A stretch of 64,000 nt of DNA. Origin: Candidatus Heimdallarchaeota archaeon (GTDB taxonomy: Archaea; Asgardarchaeota; Heimdallarchaeia; Heimdallarchaeales; Heimdallarchaeaceae). The stretch spans positions 1-64,000 of the forward strand of contig DXJF01000097.1 in assembly GCA_019057375.1 (NCBI GenBank). Direction: 5' to 3'. Made by a program: the position numbers and the translations under genes. The notes under the pieces are model-generated. The model was not told the DNA's origin and did not search any database. It was given only the letters and a program-made list of their open reading frames with translations. Below, piece by piece: positions 30,921 through 40,456 of the stretch. Position 1 is the first letter of the stretch. Each line of letters begins with the position of its first letter.

Positions 30921-31463
30921 ATGCTTATCGTTGCTAAACTCTATGATGAATACGCTTTGATAAATGATAAAGAAGGTAATTCTATCTATAGTCAAGGTTG
31001 GTTTGGAAAACATACTAAATCCGGTAATGTTAAGCTCAGTCCATATGAGACTGTTCTATTGTTAGAAAGGAAAAAAATTGATGTAATCGACGAAAACGAA
31101 TCTTCTTTACCTTTATCAGATGTAGTAGCGTATTTTTCAAATAAATTTCCAGATTTCTTGGTTCGTTTTTTGTTATACAAAGACCTAAGGAATAGAGGTT
31201 ATGTAGTAAAAGAACACTCAGAAACTGGAAAATACTTTGAGTTATATGAGAGAGGAGCAACACCAAACAAAGCCAAACATCTGGCATTAGTTGTTACAAT
31301 GGTAGAGGGCGTGCTGTTTGATATTGATGATATTGATCAAATTGTTTCTCAAGCAAAAGAAATCAGTAAACAGTTAATCTTCGCCGTTATAGATAGTTTA
31401 GGAGATGTTTCTTACTATAGTGTAAGTGAATTAGAATTCACAAAAATAGATATAGATGGTTAA
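30921..31463 (+). CDS. endA: tRNA splicing endonuclease subunit (EndA)
   Basis: LSPYETVLLLE, YKDLRNRGYVVK, FELYERG, VIDSLGDVSYY. Confidence 0.85.
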   Translation: MLIVAKLYDEYALINDKEGNSIYSQGWFGKHTKSGNVKLSPYETVLLLERKKIDVIDENESSLPLSDVVAYFSNKFPDFLVRFLLYKDLRNRGYVVKEHSETGKYFELYERGATPNKAKHLALVVTMVEGVLFDIDDIDQIVSQAKEISKQLIFAVIDSLGDVSYYSVSELEFTKIDIDG

Positions 31464-31472
31464 GGTTTTATT

Positions 31473-33284
31473 ATGCATTACGTCCCAGATACTTCAACAA
31501 TAATCAATGGTCAGTTTCTAAAATATCTTGCTGAAAAAGAAGATATTGAATCAATCGTTCTTTCTCGTGTTGTAATAGCTGAAATTGAAAATATGGCAAA
31601 TCAGGCTAAAACAACCGGTATGACAGCTCTAGAAGAATTACAACGTATGCGCGATTTTTGTGCAAAACAAGGTATAGACATGATTATTGATGGTCAAAGA
31701 CCAACCTATAACCAAATCAGAGGAGCATCAATAGGTGAGTTGGATGCTCAAATTAGAGAATTGGCAGCTGAATATGATGCCATTCTAATAACTTCTGACC
31801 GTGTAATGGCAGAGATAGGAAAAGCTGAAGGATTAGCAGTTGCTTTCATGAAAGAGGAAACCAAAAGTTTGGGAAAGAAAGTTGAAGATTATTTTGATGA
31901 ACAAACTATGTCTATTCATCTAAGAGAAAACAACTTACCTCTAGCAAAAAAAGGACTCCCTGGTAATTTTCAATTAGTACCTCTTCATGGAGAACCCATT
32001 CTAACTCGCGAGACATTAGATGAACTAGCAAAAGACGTAATTGAAAGAGCATCTAGAGAAAAAGATAGTTTCATAGAATCTGACCGACATGGAACAACTG
32101 TAATCCAGTTGAAAAATACTAGAATTGTCATACTTCGACCACCCTTCAGTGATGCAATGGAAATTACTGCTGTTAGACCAATTGTAAAACTAACCTTAGG
32201 GGACTATAAAATTGATTCAAAGCTCCTTGAAAGGATAGAAACACAAGCTGAAGGAATAATTATTGCAGGTCCACCTGGTGCTGGAAAAAGCACCTTTGCT
32301 ACAGCAATGGCTGAATTCTATGCTGATAAAGATAAAATTGTTAAAACTTTTGAAAATCCAAGAGATCTCCAAGTGGACAACAGAATAACACAAATGTCCG
32401 GTTTTGAAGGAGATATTTCTGCATCTGCAGATTTGGTTCTTTTAATGAGACCTGACTATGTAATTTATGATGAATTGCGAAGAACTAAGGATTTCGAAAC
32501 TTATTCTGATTTACGTTTAGCAGGAGTAGGGTTGCTTGGGGTTGTTCATGCTACTCAAGCTATAGATGGTCTTCAAAGATTTATCAAGAGAGTTGATTTG
32601 GGTATTATCCCATCAATTGTCGACACAATTATCTTCATTTCTGAAGGGAAAATATCAAAAATTTATACGCTTGAGCTTACAGTAACAATGCCAAAAGGAC
32701 TTACTGAACGTGATTTAAGTCGTCCTGTAATCAAAGTTAAAGATTTCCACACAAATAAGGATGAATATGAAATTTATACATTTGGAGAACAAATTGTTGT
32801 TTCACCTCTCAAGAAACTAAGTATGAAACACTCTAAAACAGGTAAAACAATCACAGTTAGTTCAGCTCAAATACAAAAGGTTCTCAAGCAACATTCTGTT
32901 TATGATTTTACCTATGACTTTGATCCTCCTAATTCTCTTACCCTATTTGTTTCCAATAAAGATAAACCCCGTGTAATTGGTAAGGATGGGCGTAATATCG
33001 ATGAAATAGAACAGAAATTGGGCTTATCAATTACTGTAAAATCATTTAACGAGCAAGAAGAAATGGAATTTGTCATTGATTTGTATCCGTCTAAGGGTAA
33101 ACTTAATCTTGTGTTTCCTAGTGTTTGTATAGGTAAAGATGTTATTCTAACAGTAAATGGATCACCCTTGACTCAATTAACAGTTGGTAAAACTAGTGAA
33201 ATAAGTGTTGCTAAAAATACAGAAATTGGTAAAATGCTCATGGAAGCTCATCATAAGGGAGATACTATTACAGCTTTATTGTAA
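31473..33284 (+). CDS. PINc/VapC ATPase (PINA) with KH domain
   Basis: PIN (VPDTS), GPPGAGKST, ENPRDLQ, YDELR, VIGKDG KH motif. Confidence 0.93.
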   Translation: MHYVPDTSTIINGQFLKYLAEKEDIESIVLSRVVIAEIENMANQAKTTGMTALEELQRMRDFCAKQGIDMIIDGQRPTYNQIRGASIGELDAQIRELAAEYDAILITSDRVMAEIGKAEGLAVAFMKEETKSLGKKVEDYFDEQTMSIHLRENNLPLAKKGLPGNFQLVPLHGEPILTRETLDELAKDVIERASREKDSFIESDRHGTTVIQLKNTRIVILRPPFSDAMEITAVRPIVKLTLGDYKIDSKLLERIETQAEGIIIAGPPGAGKSTFATAMAEFYADKDKIVKTFENPRDLQVDNRITQMSGFEGDISASADLVLLMRPDYVIYDELRRTKDFETYSDLRLAGVGLLGVVHATQAIDGLQRFIKRVDLGIIPSIVDTIIFISEGKISKIYTLELTVTMPKGLTERDLSRPVIKVKDFHTNKDEYEIYTFGEQIVVSPLKKLSMKHSKTGKTITVSSAQIQKVLKQHSVYDFTYDFDPPNSLTLFVSNKDKPRVIGKDGRNIDEIEQKLGLSITVKSFNEQEEMEFVIDLYPSKGKLNLVFPSVCIGKDVILTVNGSPLTQLTVGKTSEISVAKNTEIGKMLMEAHHKGDTITALL

Positions 33285-33285
33285 G

Positions 33286-34005
33286 CTATGAATCCCTCTT
33301 TATCAACTTTGCATTATTTTTTTTACCAATAATGATTTTATCTGCATCAGAAGGAAATAATCCATTTTCAATGATTCCAGCAATGTTATTCAGTTTCATC
33401 TCCATGTCAAACGGATCATATTCTTCTTTGAAGGTTATGTCTCCTATTATATTACCATTGTCCGTTATAACAGGTCCCTTCTTTCCTGAACCATATCGAA
33501 GTTGAAGTTCTCCTCCTAGATTGAATATAGGTTGAAGTACTGTTATGATTGCTTGTTTTATGATTTCTACAGGAACGGGATAACTTAGCAGATCTCTTGG
33601 ATATTTTGAGCTATCTGCAATTACTAAGAATTCTTGAGAAGCTCTTGCCATTATTTTTTCCATTGTTAAAGCTCCACCGCCTCCCTTGATCATAATAAAA
33701 TCTTTAGTAATAATGTCTGCACCATCTACATAGATGTTTATCTCAGGATATTCAAGTAAAGTTGAAACAGGTAATCCCGCTTTAACCAATTCAAGATGAG
33801 TTTCTGCAGAAGATGGGATAGTGATTATTTCCAATTCGTTTTTATCAACAAGCTCTCCTAATTGTTGAATAAAGTGTTTAACTGTTGAACCTGTTCCTAC
33901 TCCTACAACAAATCCATCATAAATGAATTCTTTCGCTGCTTTTTGGGCAGCAAAAAATTTAGATTTTTCTTGTTCTGAGAGCTTCGAATCTTTTGAATTC
34001 ATCAT
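33286..34005 (-). CDS. rpiA: Ribose-5-phosphate isomerase A
   Basis: GVGTGSTV, DGAD, KGGGGAL..EK, TDNGN. Confidence 0.96.
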   Translation of the reverse strand: MMNSKDSKLSEQEKSKFFAAQKAAKEFIYDGFVVGVGTGSTVKHFIQQLGELVDKNELEIITIPSSAETHLELVKAGLPVSTLLEYPEINIYVDGADIITKDFIMIKGGGGALTMEKIMARASQEFLVIADSSKYPRDLLSYPVPVEIIKQAIITVLQPIFNLGGELQLRYGSGKKGPVITDNGNIIGDITFKEEYDPFDMEMKLNNIAGIIENGLFPSDADKIIIGKKNNAKLIKRDS

Positions 34006-34164
34006 TAAGTCACTTCAAGTTGATCAGAATTGAAAACAATTTAGTTAGACCAAATTAAAACTTTTTTACTATCATTAGTTTTGTAAAATAAAAATAAGAG
34101 GAGTAGAAAATATTTTTATTTTCATTCCTTTTCAGACGAGGATTTTACCATCATGAAGCAAATT

Positions 34165-35076
34165 TTATTGCTGTTCACTCATGAACTTCTTTAGTCTGTC
34201 TAATTCTTTTAACATCTCTTTTCGAAGAGCAGCTATTGATGTACTCTTAGCAAACAAATCCCCTTCTCCTTCTCCTCCTGCTGGAACAGCTGCTGAAGGT
34301 GCTGTTACACCTGGTGGTTTTGGAGTTGGAACAGTTGGTGCTGGAATTGAAGGTGTTGTGGCTGGTGCACCAGTTGGTATTGGTGTTGGCATTGGTGGAC
34401 TTGGAATTGCTGTAGGTGGTGGTGTTTTACCCACACTTGGAGGTGGTGGGGGTGCTGGTTTTCCAGTTACTGGAGGTGCAGCTGGTGAAGGTGGTGCTGT
34501 AGGTGTTGCAACGGCTTTACCTTTTCTCCTCTTTTTTGGAGGTTTAACGGGTTTAACGGCTACTGGAGGAGCTGGAGGTGCAGTTGCTGGGATTGCTGAA
34601 GGAACATCTATTTTCTCTTCACCCTTTATTTTACTCAAATAATCTCCCTGCATCTTCTTTAGTTCCTCTTCAAGTTGAGAAACTTCAGCTTCTCTTGCTG
34701 TCTTTTCAATCTCATCTTCAATTTTCTTAACATCAGATGAGTATCTTACTGATAGTCTACCGAATACCGATTCACTGATTTCCTTCTTTCTATGGCCATT
34801 AGACAAAGCTTGTTGTGCAGCCTCGAACTTTACTTTTTCAATTTTAAGAATAGCAATACGTTCTGAAGGAGGAATATCTGAAGGAGTAGGTAGATCTGAA
34901 TCCATATCTAAATCAAGGAGAGAAGGGGCTTCTTTCTTTCGGTATACTCTTGTTGTAATGAACACTATAAGTGCACTTAGAAATGTGAAAATAACTAAAA
35001 GGTAAATTAGCATCTTCACTCCTGGATCAGTTAAACTTGCTGGTGGTAAATTCTCAAACCAATCTATAAGCGACAT
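34165..35076 (-). CDS. Membrane-anchored proline-rich protein with C-terminal amphipathic helix
   Basis: N-terminal TM, helical region, ~95-aa Pro/Ala/Thr tract (PAPPPPP), terminal SIAALRKEMLKELDRLKK. Confidence 0.7.
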   Translation of the reverse strand: MSLIDWFENLPPASLTDPGVKMLIYLLVIFTFLSALIVFITTRVYRKKEAPSLLDLDMDSDLPTPSDIPPSERIAILKIEKVKFEAAQQALSNGHRKKEISESVFGRLSVRYSSDVKKIEDEIEKTAREAEVSQLEEELKKMQGDYLSKIKGEEKIDVPSAIPATAPPAPPVAVKPVKPPKKRRKGKAVATPTAPPSPAAPPVTGKPAPPPPPSVGKTPPPTAIPSPPMPTPIPTGAPATTPSIPAPTVPTPKPPGVTAPSAAVPAGGEGEGDLFAKSTSIAALRKEMLKELDRLKKFMSEQQ

Positions 35077-35252
35077 ATCCTTGCCTCTGAATTAATGTTG
35101 TTATAACACTTTTATTTGTTTCTCTGTCTATTAAGTTATTAGATTAAGTTAATAAACTCTATCAAAGTGTCCAATTAAAAAAGAAGATAATATCTCGAAA
35201 ATATTGTCCTTCTATGTGAACATCTCTGCATCTTTTTCCATAAACAACTGTT

Positions 35253-35903
35253 TTACTGCTTTTTAGCTTCCAGTATTGCTTTTACTCGTTTTAATCTCGA
35301 AAATGTTTCTCTTTCTTGTTCTTCAAGAGTACTTGCTATGAATTTTGCTGTTGCACGTAATTTTGGAATTAAAATATAGTTCAGAGCATTAACTCTTCTC
35401 TTAGTTTTATTAATCTCAACAGCTAGTTTTTCAAGTAAAGTCATCTTCTCGGCTATAACCATTAGTGTTTTCAATGACTTGCGAAAATAAACTATTGATC
35501 TATCTAGTTGTGCACTCGAACTAGTTAGACCATAAAATACATCTTCTCCTTCCTTCTGAATTTCATTAACAATAAACCTAGGCGATCTAACACCCATGAT
35601 ACTAACGGTTTGGGGAGTGATTTCTAAAACAGCGGGTGCATATTGAGCAAGATCTCTAATTTTGTCTGGACCTACAATCATCTCAGCTTTAGCAAGAGAT
35701 TGATACGCTATCCTTAGTTCTTTTTCTACTTTTTTTCTTGCTTCTCTTACTTCATCTTTGATGGCATATAATTCAATAACTAGTGCATCCATCTTCTCCT
35801 TGAGAAGATCATGTCCTTTTTGAGCAAGCCTAATTCGAGACCTAGTATTAAGAAGCTCCATTCTTGTTGCACTAATTGTACCAAATTCTGGTGTTGCCAT
35901 CAA
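35253..35903 (-). CDS. atpD: A/V-type ATP synthase subunit D
   Basis: ATRMELL, GHDLLKEKMDAL, KTKRRVNALNYILIP, EEQERETFSRLK. Confidence 0.96.
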   Translation of the reverse strand: MMATPEFGTISATRMELLNTRSRIRLAQKGHDLLKEKMDALVIELYAIKDEVREARKKVEKELRIAYQSLAKAEMIVGPDKIRDLAQYAPAVLEITPQTVSIMGVRSPRFIVNEIQKEGEDVFYGLTSSSAQLDRSIVYFRKSLKTLMVIAEKMTLLEKLAVEINKTKRRVNALNYILIPKLRATAKFIASTLEEQERETFSRLKRVKAILEAKKQ

Positions 35904-36061
35904 CGAAAAGAATATCAGTTAAGTTAAATAGTTTTTGTTCTGTAGACAGGCTCTAAATTTGCTTGTAAGTGCAGTTTTTAGCATAATCATAACTATGTTA
36001 AGAATGGAAAGATATTTTACTCGATACTATTTCCATTATTAAAAGACATATGTGACACTGA

Positions 36062-36664
36062 ATGACATTAGACATCTACGATAGAATAAAGGATACCGAA
36101 GAGATAGTTTTTCCAGGAACCCGTTTAGCAGTTACAGAGGAATTTATAGGTGGGCAAGGTACATATTCGGAAGGTAACCATATCTATGCTGCTGTAGCAG
36201 GAAAAGTTAACATAAATATTGAAAAACATGAAATATCAGTTATGCCAAAAGCAAAAACTGCGGTTATTCCTAAAAACGGTGACATAGTAATCGGTGGAGT
36301 TGTAAATGCTTCTCGTCAAATGATAACTGTATCTGTGAATTATGTCAATAACAAGGAAGCTTATCCAACTTATACGATGGTTATCCATGTTTCTCAAATC
36401 TCAAGAGAATATTTGGATACAGTAGATGAAGCGGTGCGTTTGGCTGATATTGTTAGAGCCAAAGTAATTGATGATAAGACCATTCCCTTGCAAGGATCTT
36501 TAATAGGTTCGCAACTTGGAGTTATATTAGCCGGTTGTTCAAGATGTGGGGGGAAATTGGAGAAGATAGGGAGAGACAAATTAAAATGTTCTGAATGCTC
36601 TTATTTTGAAAAAAGAACAACCACCATTGATTATGGAAGTGGAAAATTAGCATTCAAAACATAA
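36062..36664 (+). CDS. csl4: Exosome subunit Csl4
   Basis: VFPGTRL...GTYSEGN, S1 domain, LGVILAGCSRCG zinc ribbon, EKR. Confidence 0.92.
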   Translation: MTLDIYDRIKDTEEIVFPGTRLAVTEEFIGGQGTYSEGNHIYAAVAGKVNINIEKHEISVMPKAKTAVIPKNGDIVIGGVVNASRQMITVSVNYVNNKEAYPTYTMVIHVSQISREYLDTVDEAVRLADIVRAKVIDDKTIPLQGSLIGSQLGVILAGCSRCGGKLEKIGRDKLKCSECSYFEKRTTTIDYGSGKLAFKT

Positions 36665-36683
36665 ACTAATTTTCATTACTGGG

Positions 36684-37385
36684 TTGGTGATTAGTTTGGC
36701 AAAAACAACCAAGAAAGAGATATATGTTAGTATTGTAAAAAAAGATTTGTTAGAATATTTCCTGGAATTGCTCTCAGATTCCTTACGTTATGTGGAGTTT
36801 GTTTTTACACATAGAAAAGGAAAATCCAAAATATCTTTGTATGGAGAAAGGGCAATAGTAAATCAATCTGCTATTAAAGTTAAAGTTCTTGCGAAAATGT
36901 TTAATCAATCTGCAGTTCTCAATACTGATGGTTATTATGTTCATAATCTGAAACTTATACAACAAATTGGATCAAAAATCATCTCTTTACAAAGCATAAG
37001 TACAGTCTTAAATCATTTGGAAATTCCTTCATCAGTAAAGGATCAAAATTTGATTACAAAAGCAAGTATGCAAGAAGTACAGAAGATTTTGTCGTCAATG
37101 CATGAATTAATTCAAGAAACTCCTTTAAATGTTAGAACACAGATAATGAAGAGAATTTTAGCTACAGTTAGTTACTGTACAGATCTTTCACCCTCTTTTA
37201 TTCTTGATAAAGGGTTAGAAATGGAATATTTCAAGAAGCAGAAAAACACTATCTCAGTAAACTACAATCCTGAGAAATGCATCACGGAGCTGATAGAGAA
37301 ATTGTCTGGAGATTCCGCACAAACTGAGTATCTGGAATCTAGGGATAAAGATGCAGAGATTGAGAAGATTTTATTTAGAGAATAA
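36684..37385 (+). CDS. Conserved archaeal protein, DUF2067-like
   Basis: Position between csl4 and rpoL, and length; weak motif recognition. Confidence 0.5.
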   Translation: MVISLAKTTKKEIYVSIVKKDLLEYFLELLSDSLRYVEFVFTHRKGKSKISLYGERAIVNQSAIKVKVLAKMFNQSAVLNTDGYYVHNLKLIQQIGSKIISLQSISTVLNHLEIPSSVKDQNLITKASMQEVQKILSSMHELIQETPLNVRTQIMKRILATVSYCTDLSPSFILDKGLEMEYFKKQKNTISVNYNPEKCITELIEKLSGDSAQTEYLESRDKDAEIEKILFRE

Positions 37386-37447
37386 AAACAGTCTAGACTG
37401 GTAAAATATTTAAATCAAGTATTAAAACAAACATCAGAGGCAATGAA

Positions 37448-37732
37448 ATGCTGATTAACATTCTAAAAAAAGAACAGGGTTACATAAAATTTAGTATCAA
37501 AGCTACAGACCCCCACACTTTATTCAATCTATTACGTGAAGAGCTACTAAAAGATGCAGAAGTGGATTTTGCTGGTTATTGGCGCGATGAATCTTTCTAT
37601 GAATCAGTCGTTTTTCAAGTAAAAATGAATAAGAAAACTGCGGATCCTATTGTTTCTATAAATTCTGCATTAAGCAGATTAGAAAAACAATCGAAGGAAT
37701 TTGTCGATTTATGCAAAGCAAAAATTGAGTGA
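37448..37732 (+). CDS. rpoL: RNA polymerase subunit Rpo11 (L)
   Basis: DPHTLFNLLREELLKDAEVDFAGY. Confidence 0.88.
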   Translation: MLINILKKEQGYIKFSIKATDPHTLFNLLREELLKDAEVDFAGYWRDESFYESVVFQVKMNKKTADPIVSINSALSRLEKQSKEFVDLCKAKIE

Positions 37733-37744
37733 GGAAGTAGTCTT

Positions 37745-38164
37745 ATGGACTCACCCTTCGAATTTACTCCAAATTTAAATGAACTTCTTTTGAATAATAA
37801 ACTAGCTAAATTCGGAGATTCTATTGTGAATTTCATTTACAATGCAGCTGTATACAAAGCTACTAAAGAATTGGAAGGGGTAAAAGTTTGGGATCAATGT
37901 CTTGCACAAGCATGCAGAGATTCTCCTTTAAGGAAGTATGTGGGTTCAAGGAAAAATGCTGGGGATTTAGGTGATGCTGTAGAAGCATTTATTGCCTTTA
38001 TCTATCTAAGAAATCCAATCAATATTACTGAAATGATTTCAATTTTAACAAAAAGCATAACAATAAACAAGCATTTACTAGAACTTAATGAAAAAGAATT
38101 ATGTTCAAAAGCTTTTACAGTTTTACTAGATGAATTATGTAAAAATCTTGGAATAAGAGAGTAA
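37745..38164 (+). CDS. Archaeal minimal RNase III-like protein
   Basis: LAKFGDSIVNF and GDAVEAFIA RNase III signature segments. Confidence 0.75.
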   Translation: MDSPFEFTPNLNELLLNNKLAKFGDSIVNFIYNAAVYKATKELEGVKVWDQCLAQACRDSPLRKYVGSRKNAGDLGDAVEAFIAFIYLRNPINITEMISILTKSITINKHLLELNEKELCSKAFTVLLDELCKNLGIRE

Positions 38165-38174
38165 TTTACTGTTT

Positions 38175-38756
38175 TCATAAAAGATAATCTTTGAAACTCT
38201 GCCCTATTATGTCTGCTAATCTGAGACTTTCAGGAACACAACTTGAGTAAGTTGTTATTTGAAGCAGATTTTTCACTTCATCAATATTTCTAAACCCCAA
38301 ATATTGTACATATATTTTACACTCTCTTCCGCTTTGATTTATGAATTCAATCTTCTCTAGATTTGGGTTAGACATTAGAATTTCGAGACGCTTTTCCCAA
38401 TCAGGGAGATGAGATAGTGCCTTCTTAACTTCTGCATCATTAGGAGGATTGTGTAATATTGATATGATTGGTATAGTTGTTTTTTGGAAGATATCTTCCA
38501 TGTTAATAACATTGAATGCAGCAATAGTTGCGCTTCCTAAAACTACAGCTTTTACCTGATTTAGGAACTTGCTTTGCTTTATCATAGTAACGATTCTCTC
38601 TGTCGCATCCAAACCATCAACTGTTATTTCTGTTCTTAAAATACCTTCAACTAGATTATTTCCTCTTACTACAACACCAAAAACAAAGCATTTCAAGGAC
38701 TTTTCTCTACTAAAAGCTGCATCATCAATACCTATTGTTCTAATATATTTCTTCAC
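38175..38756 (-). CDS. DUF99 family (endonuclease V-like) protein
   Basis: IGIDDA, DGLDATE, VPESLRLA. Confidence 0.88.
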   Translation of the reverse strand: MKKYIRTIGIDDAAFSREKSLKCFVFGVVVRGNNLVEGILRTEITVDGLDATERIVTMIKQSKFLNQVKAVVLGSATIAAFNVINMEDIFQKTTIPIISILHNPPNDAEVKKALSHLPDWEKRLEILMSNPNLEKIEFINQSGRECKIYVQYLGFRNIDEVKNLLQITTYSSCVPESLRLADIIGQSFKDYLL

Positions 38757-38844
38757 AGCTTACTTTCTAATGCTATTTATTTAAATTACTACTGATTTCT
38801 GTGATAAGAAAGTAACTTTTTAAATAAAGAGTATAGAGAGATTA

Positions 38845-39651
38845 ATGGTTTATATGAGTAGAAGAAACCTTCCAGAATATGGTGATTTGGTAATTGGTAC
38901 AGTTAAGAGCATTTTCGATCATGGAGTATATGTTGATCTTGACGAGTACGAAGATTTACAAGCATATTGTCATGTTTCTGAAGTTAGTTCCACTTGGGTG
39001 AGGAACATTCGAAATGTTATGAGGTTGGGTAAGAAAGTTGTAGGAAGGGTTATGCGAGTCAAAGAAAATCAGATTGACATTAGCGTAAAAAGAGTTTCTG
39101 ATGGATTAAAAAGAAAGAAAGTTGAAGAAACTAAAAGATATAAAACTGCTCTAACACTTCTGGAGATGAGTGCTAAAAAAAGGAAGATTAGCTTCGAAAC
39201 AGCTCGAGCTGAAGTTGAAGATTTATGTACTGAATATTATGGAAGCTTCTACCAAGCATTTGAAGAATCATTATTCAGTGGAGAGAGCATTTTTACTGAT
39301 GCAAGTGTATCTGAGGAGTGGGCTCAAGTGTTAACTGATATTGCAAAAACGAATTTAACTATACCTAAAGTAGAGATTTCAAGAGATCTTGAGATAATTT
39401 GCTGGGAAGGTAATGGAGTTAATTCAATTAGAGATGCTCTTAAAAAGGCAAGCAAATCTAGAGAAGAGATTGACGCAGGAGACGAAGAGCTCAATATGAA
39501 CGTATATGTAAGAGGGGCGCCCATATATAGATTCGTTATCTCAGCAAGAGATTATGAGTTAGCAGAAGAGTTAATGTCTAAAGTAGTCGCTACAATTGAG
39601 GATTCCCTGTCTACAGTCAAGGCTTCTGTTAAGGTTGTTGAATCAAAGTAA
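38845..39651 (+). CDS. eif2a: Translation initiation factor aIF2 alpha
   Basis: LPEYGDLVIGTV, S1 domain, IDISVKRV, GAPIYR. Confidence 0.95.
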   Translation: MVYMSRRNLPEYGDLVIGTVKSIFDHGVYVDLDEYEDLQAYCHVSEVSSTWVRNIRNVMRLGKKVVGRVMRVKENQIDISVKRVSDGLKRKKVEETKRYKTALTLLEMSAKKRKISFETARAEVEDLCTEYYGSFYQAFEESLFSGESIFTDASVSEEWAQVLTDIAKTNLTIPKVEISRDLEIICWEGNGVNSIRDALKKASKSREEIDAGDEELNMNVYVRGAPIYRFVISARDYELAEELMSKVVATIEDSLSTVKASVKVVESK

Positions 39652-39663
39652 AGGGAGATTTTA

Positions 39664-39840
39664 ATGACCAAATCTATCTTTTTCTGTTCTAAATGCAAAG
39701 CCTATACCCTGAATGATAAAACATGTCCAATTTGTGAAGGTAGAGTTGTTTCTCCTCAACCTGCTCGTTTTTCCATAGAGAAAGAAAAAAAGTATTCAAT
39801 TTATAGAAGAAAATTACTAAAAGAAGAAATGGAAAATTAG
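39664..39840 (+). CDS. nop10: H/ACA RNP protein Nop10 (58 aa; not in ORF track)
   Basis: Manual translation MTKSIFFCSKCKAYTLNDKTCPICEGRVVSPQPARFSIEKEKKYSIYRRKL; follows aIF2 alpha. Confidence 0.92.
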   Translation: MTKSIFFCSKCKAYTLNDKTCPICEGRVVSPQPARFSIEKEKKYSIYRRKLLKEEMEN

Positions 39841-39847
39841 TTTTTCA

Positions 39848-40456
39848 TTATTTGCATTGTAATATTGCTACCTCTATAATATGCTGTTTTTTTGTGTGAA
39901 AGCTGTAAATTTTAGGTATTTCAAACTCTGCTTTTATCATTTCCTTTACTTCTTTGTTGTGATTTTTCACGAAACTCTTCAGGAAAATGATATTTCTTTC
40001 TTGATGAAGATGAATAGAATAAGATACCATAGAAGCTTTTAGAGCTGAATGTAAAAACTCTTGATCTTTAATCTCTCCTTGAATACCAAAAGGACTATTC
40101 ATAAAAACTGTATCAAACTTTCTCTCAGTAGTTCTTACATCTTCTTCTAAGAATTCTACATCTACTTCCAATTTAGCTGCATTTTGTCTTGCAATTTCTA
40201 AAGCTTCTTGATCAATTTCTAATCCAATAACCTTTTTTGCACCAAGTTGTTTAGCACCAATTCCAAACATACCTGTTCCGCAACAAAAGTCTCCTATAAC
40301 TTTATTTGTAATATGTCCTAGTTGATAAGCTCTCCAGAGAATCATTGCTGCTATACGTGGTGGGGTTTGATATTGCTCTAGTTTTAGATTAGGTTTTTGA
40401 AATGTTTGAACTTGTGAAAGTAGCATCTCAATGTCTTTTTGCCTCACCTTTACCAT
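39848..40456 (-). CDS. METTL5-family N6-adenine methyltransferase
   Basis: LEQYQTPP, DFCCGTG, NSPFG. Confidence 0.9.
   Translation of the reverse strand: MVKVRQKDIEMLLSQVQTFQKPNLKLEQYQTPPRIAAMILWRAYQLGHITNKVIGDFCCGTGMFGIGAKQLGAKKVIGLEIDQEALEIARQNAAKLEVDVEFLEEDVRTTERKFDTVFMNSPFGIQGEIKDQEFLHSALKASMVSYSIHLHQERNIIFLKSFVKNHNKEVKEMIKAEFEIPKIYSFHTKKQHIIEVAILQCK

Noticed and set aside
34181-34642. 153-aa Gly-rich plus-strand ORF
   Set aside because: Antisense shadow of the proline-rich codons of 34165-35076.
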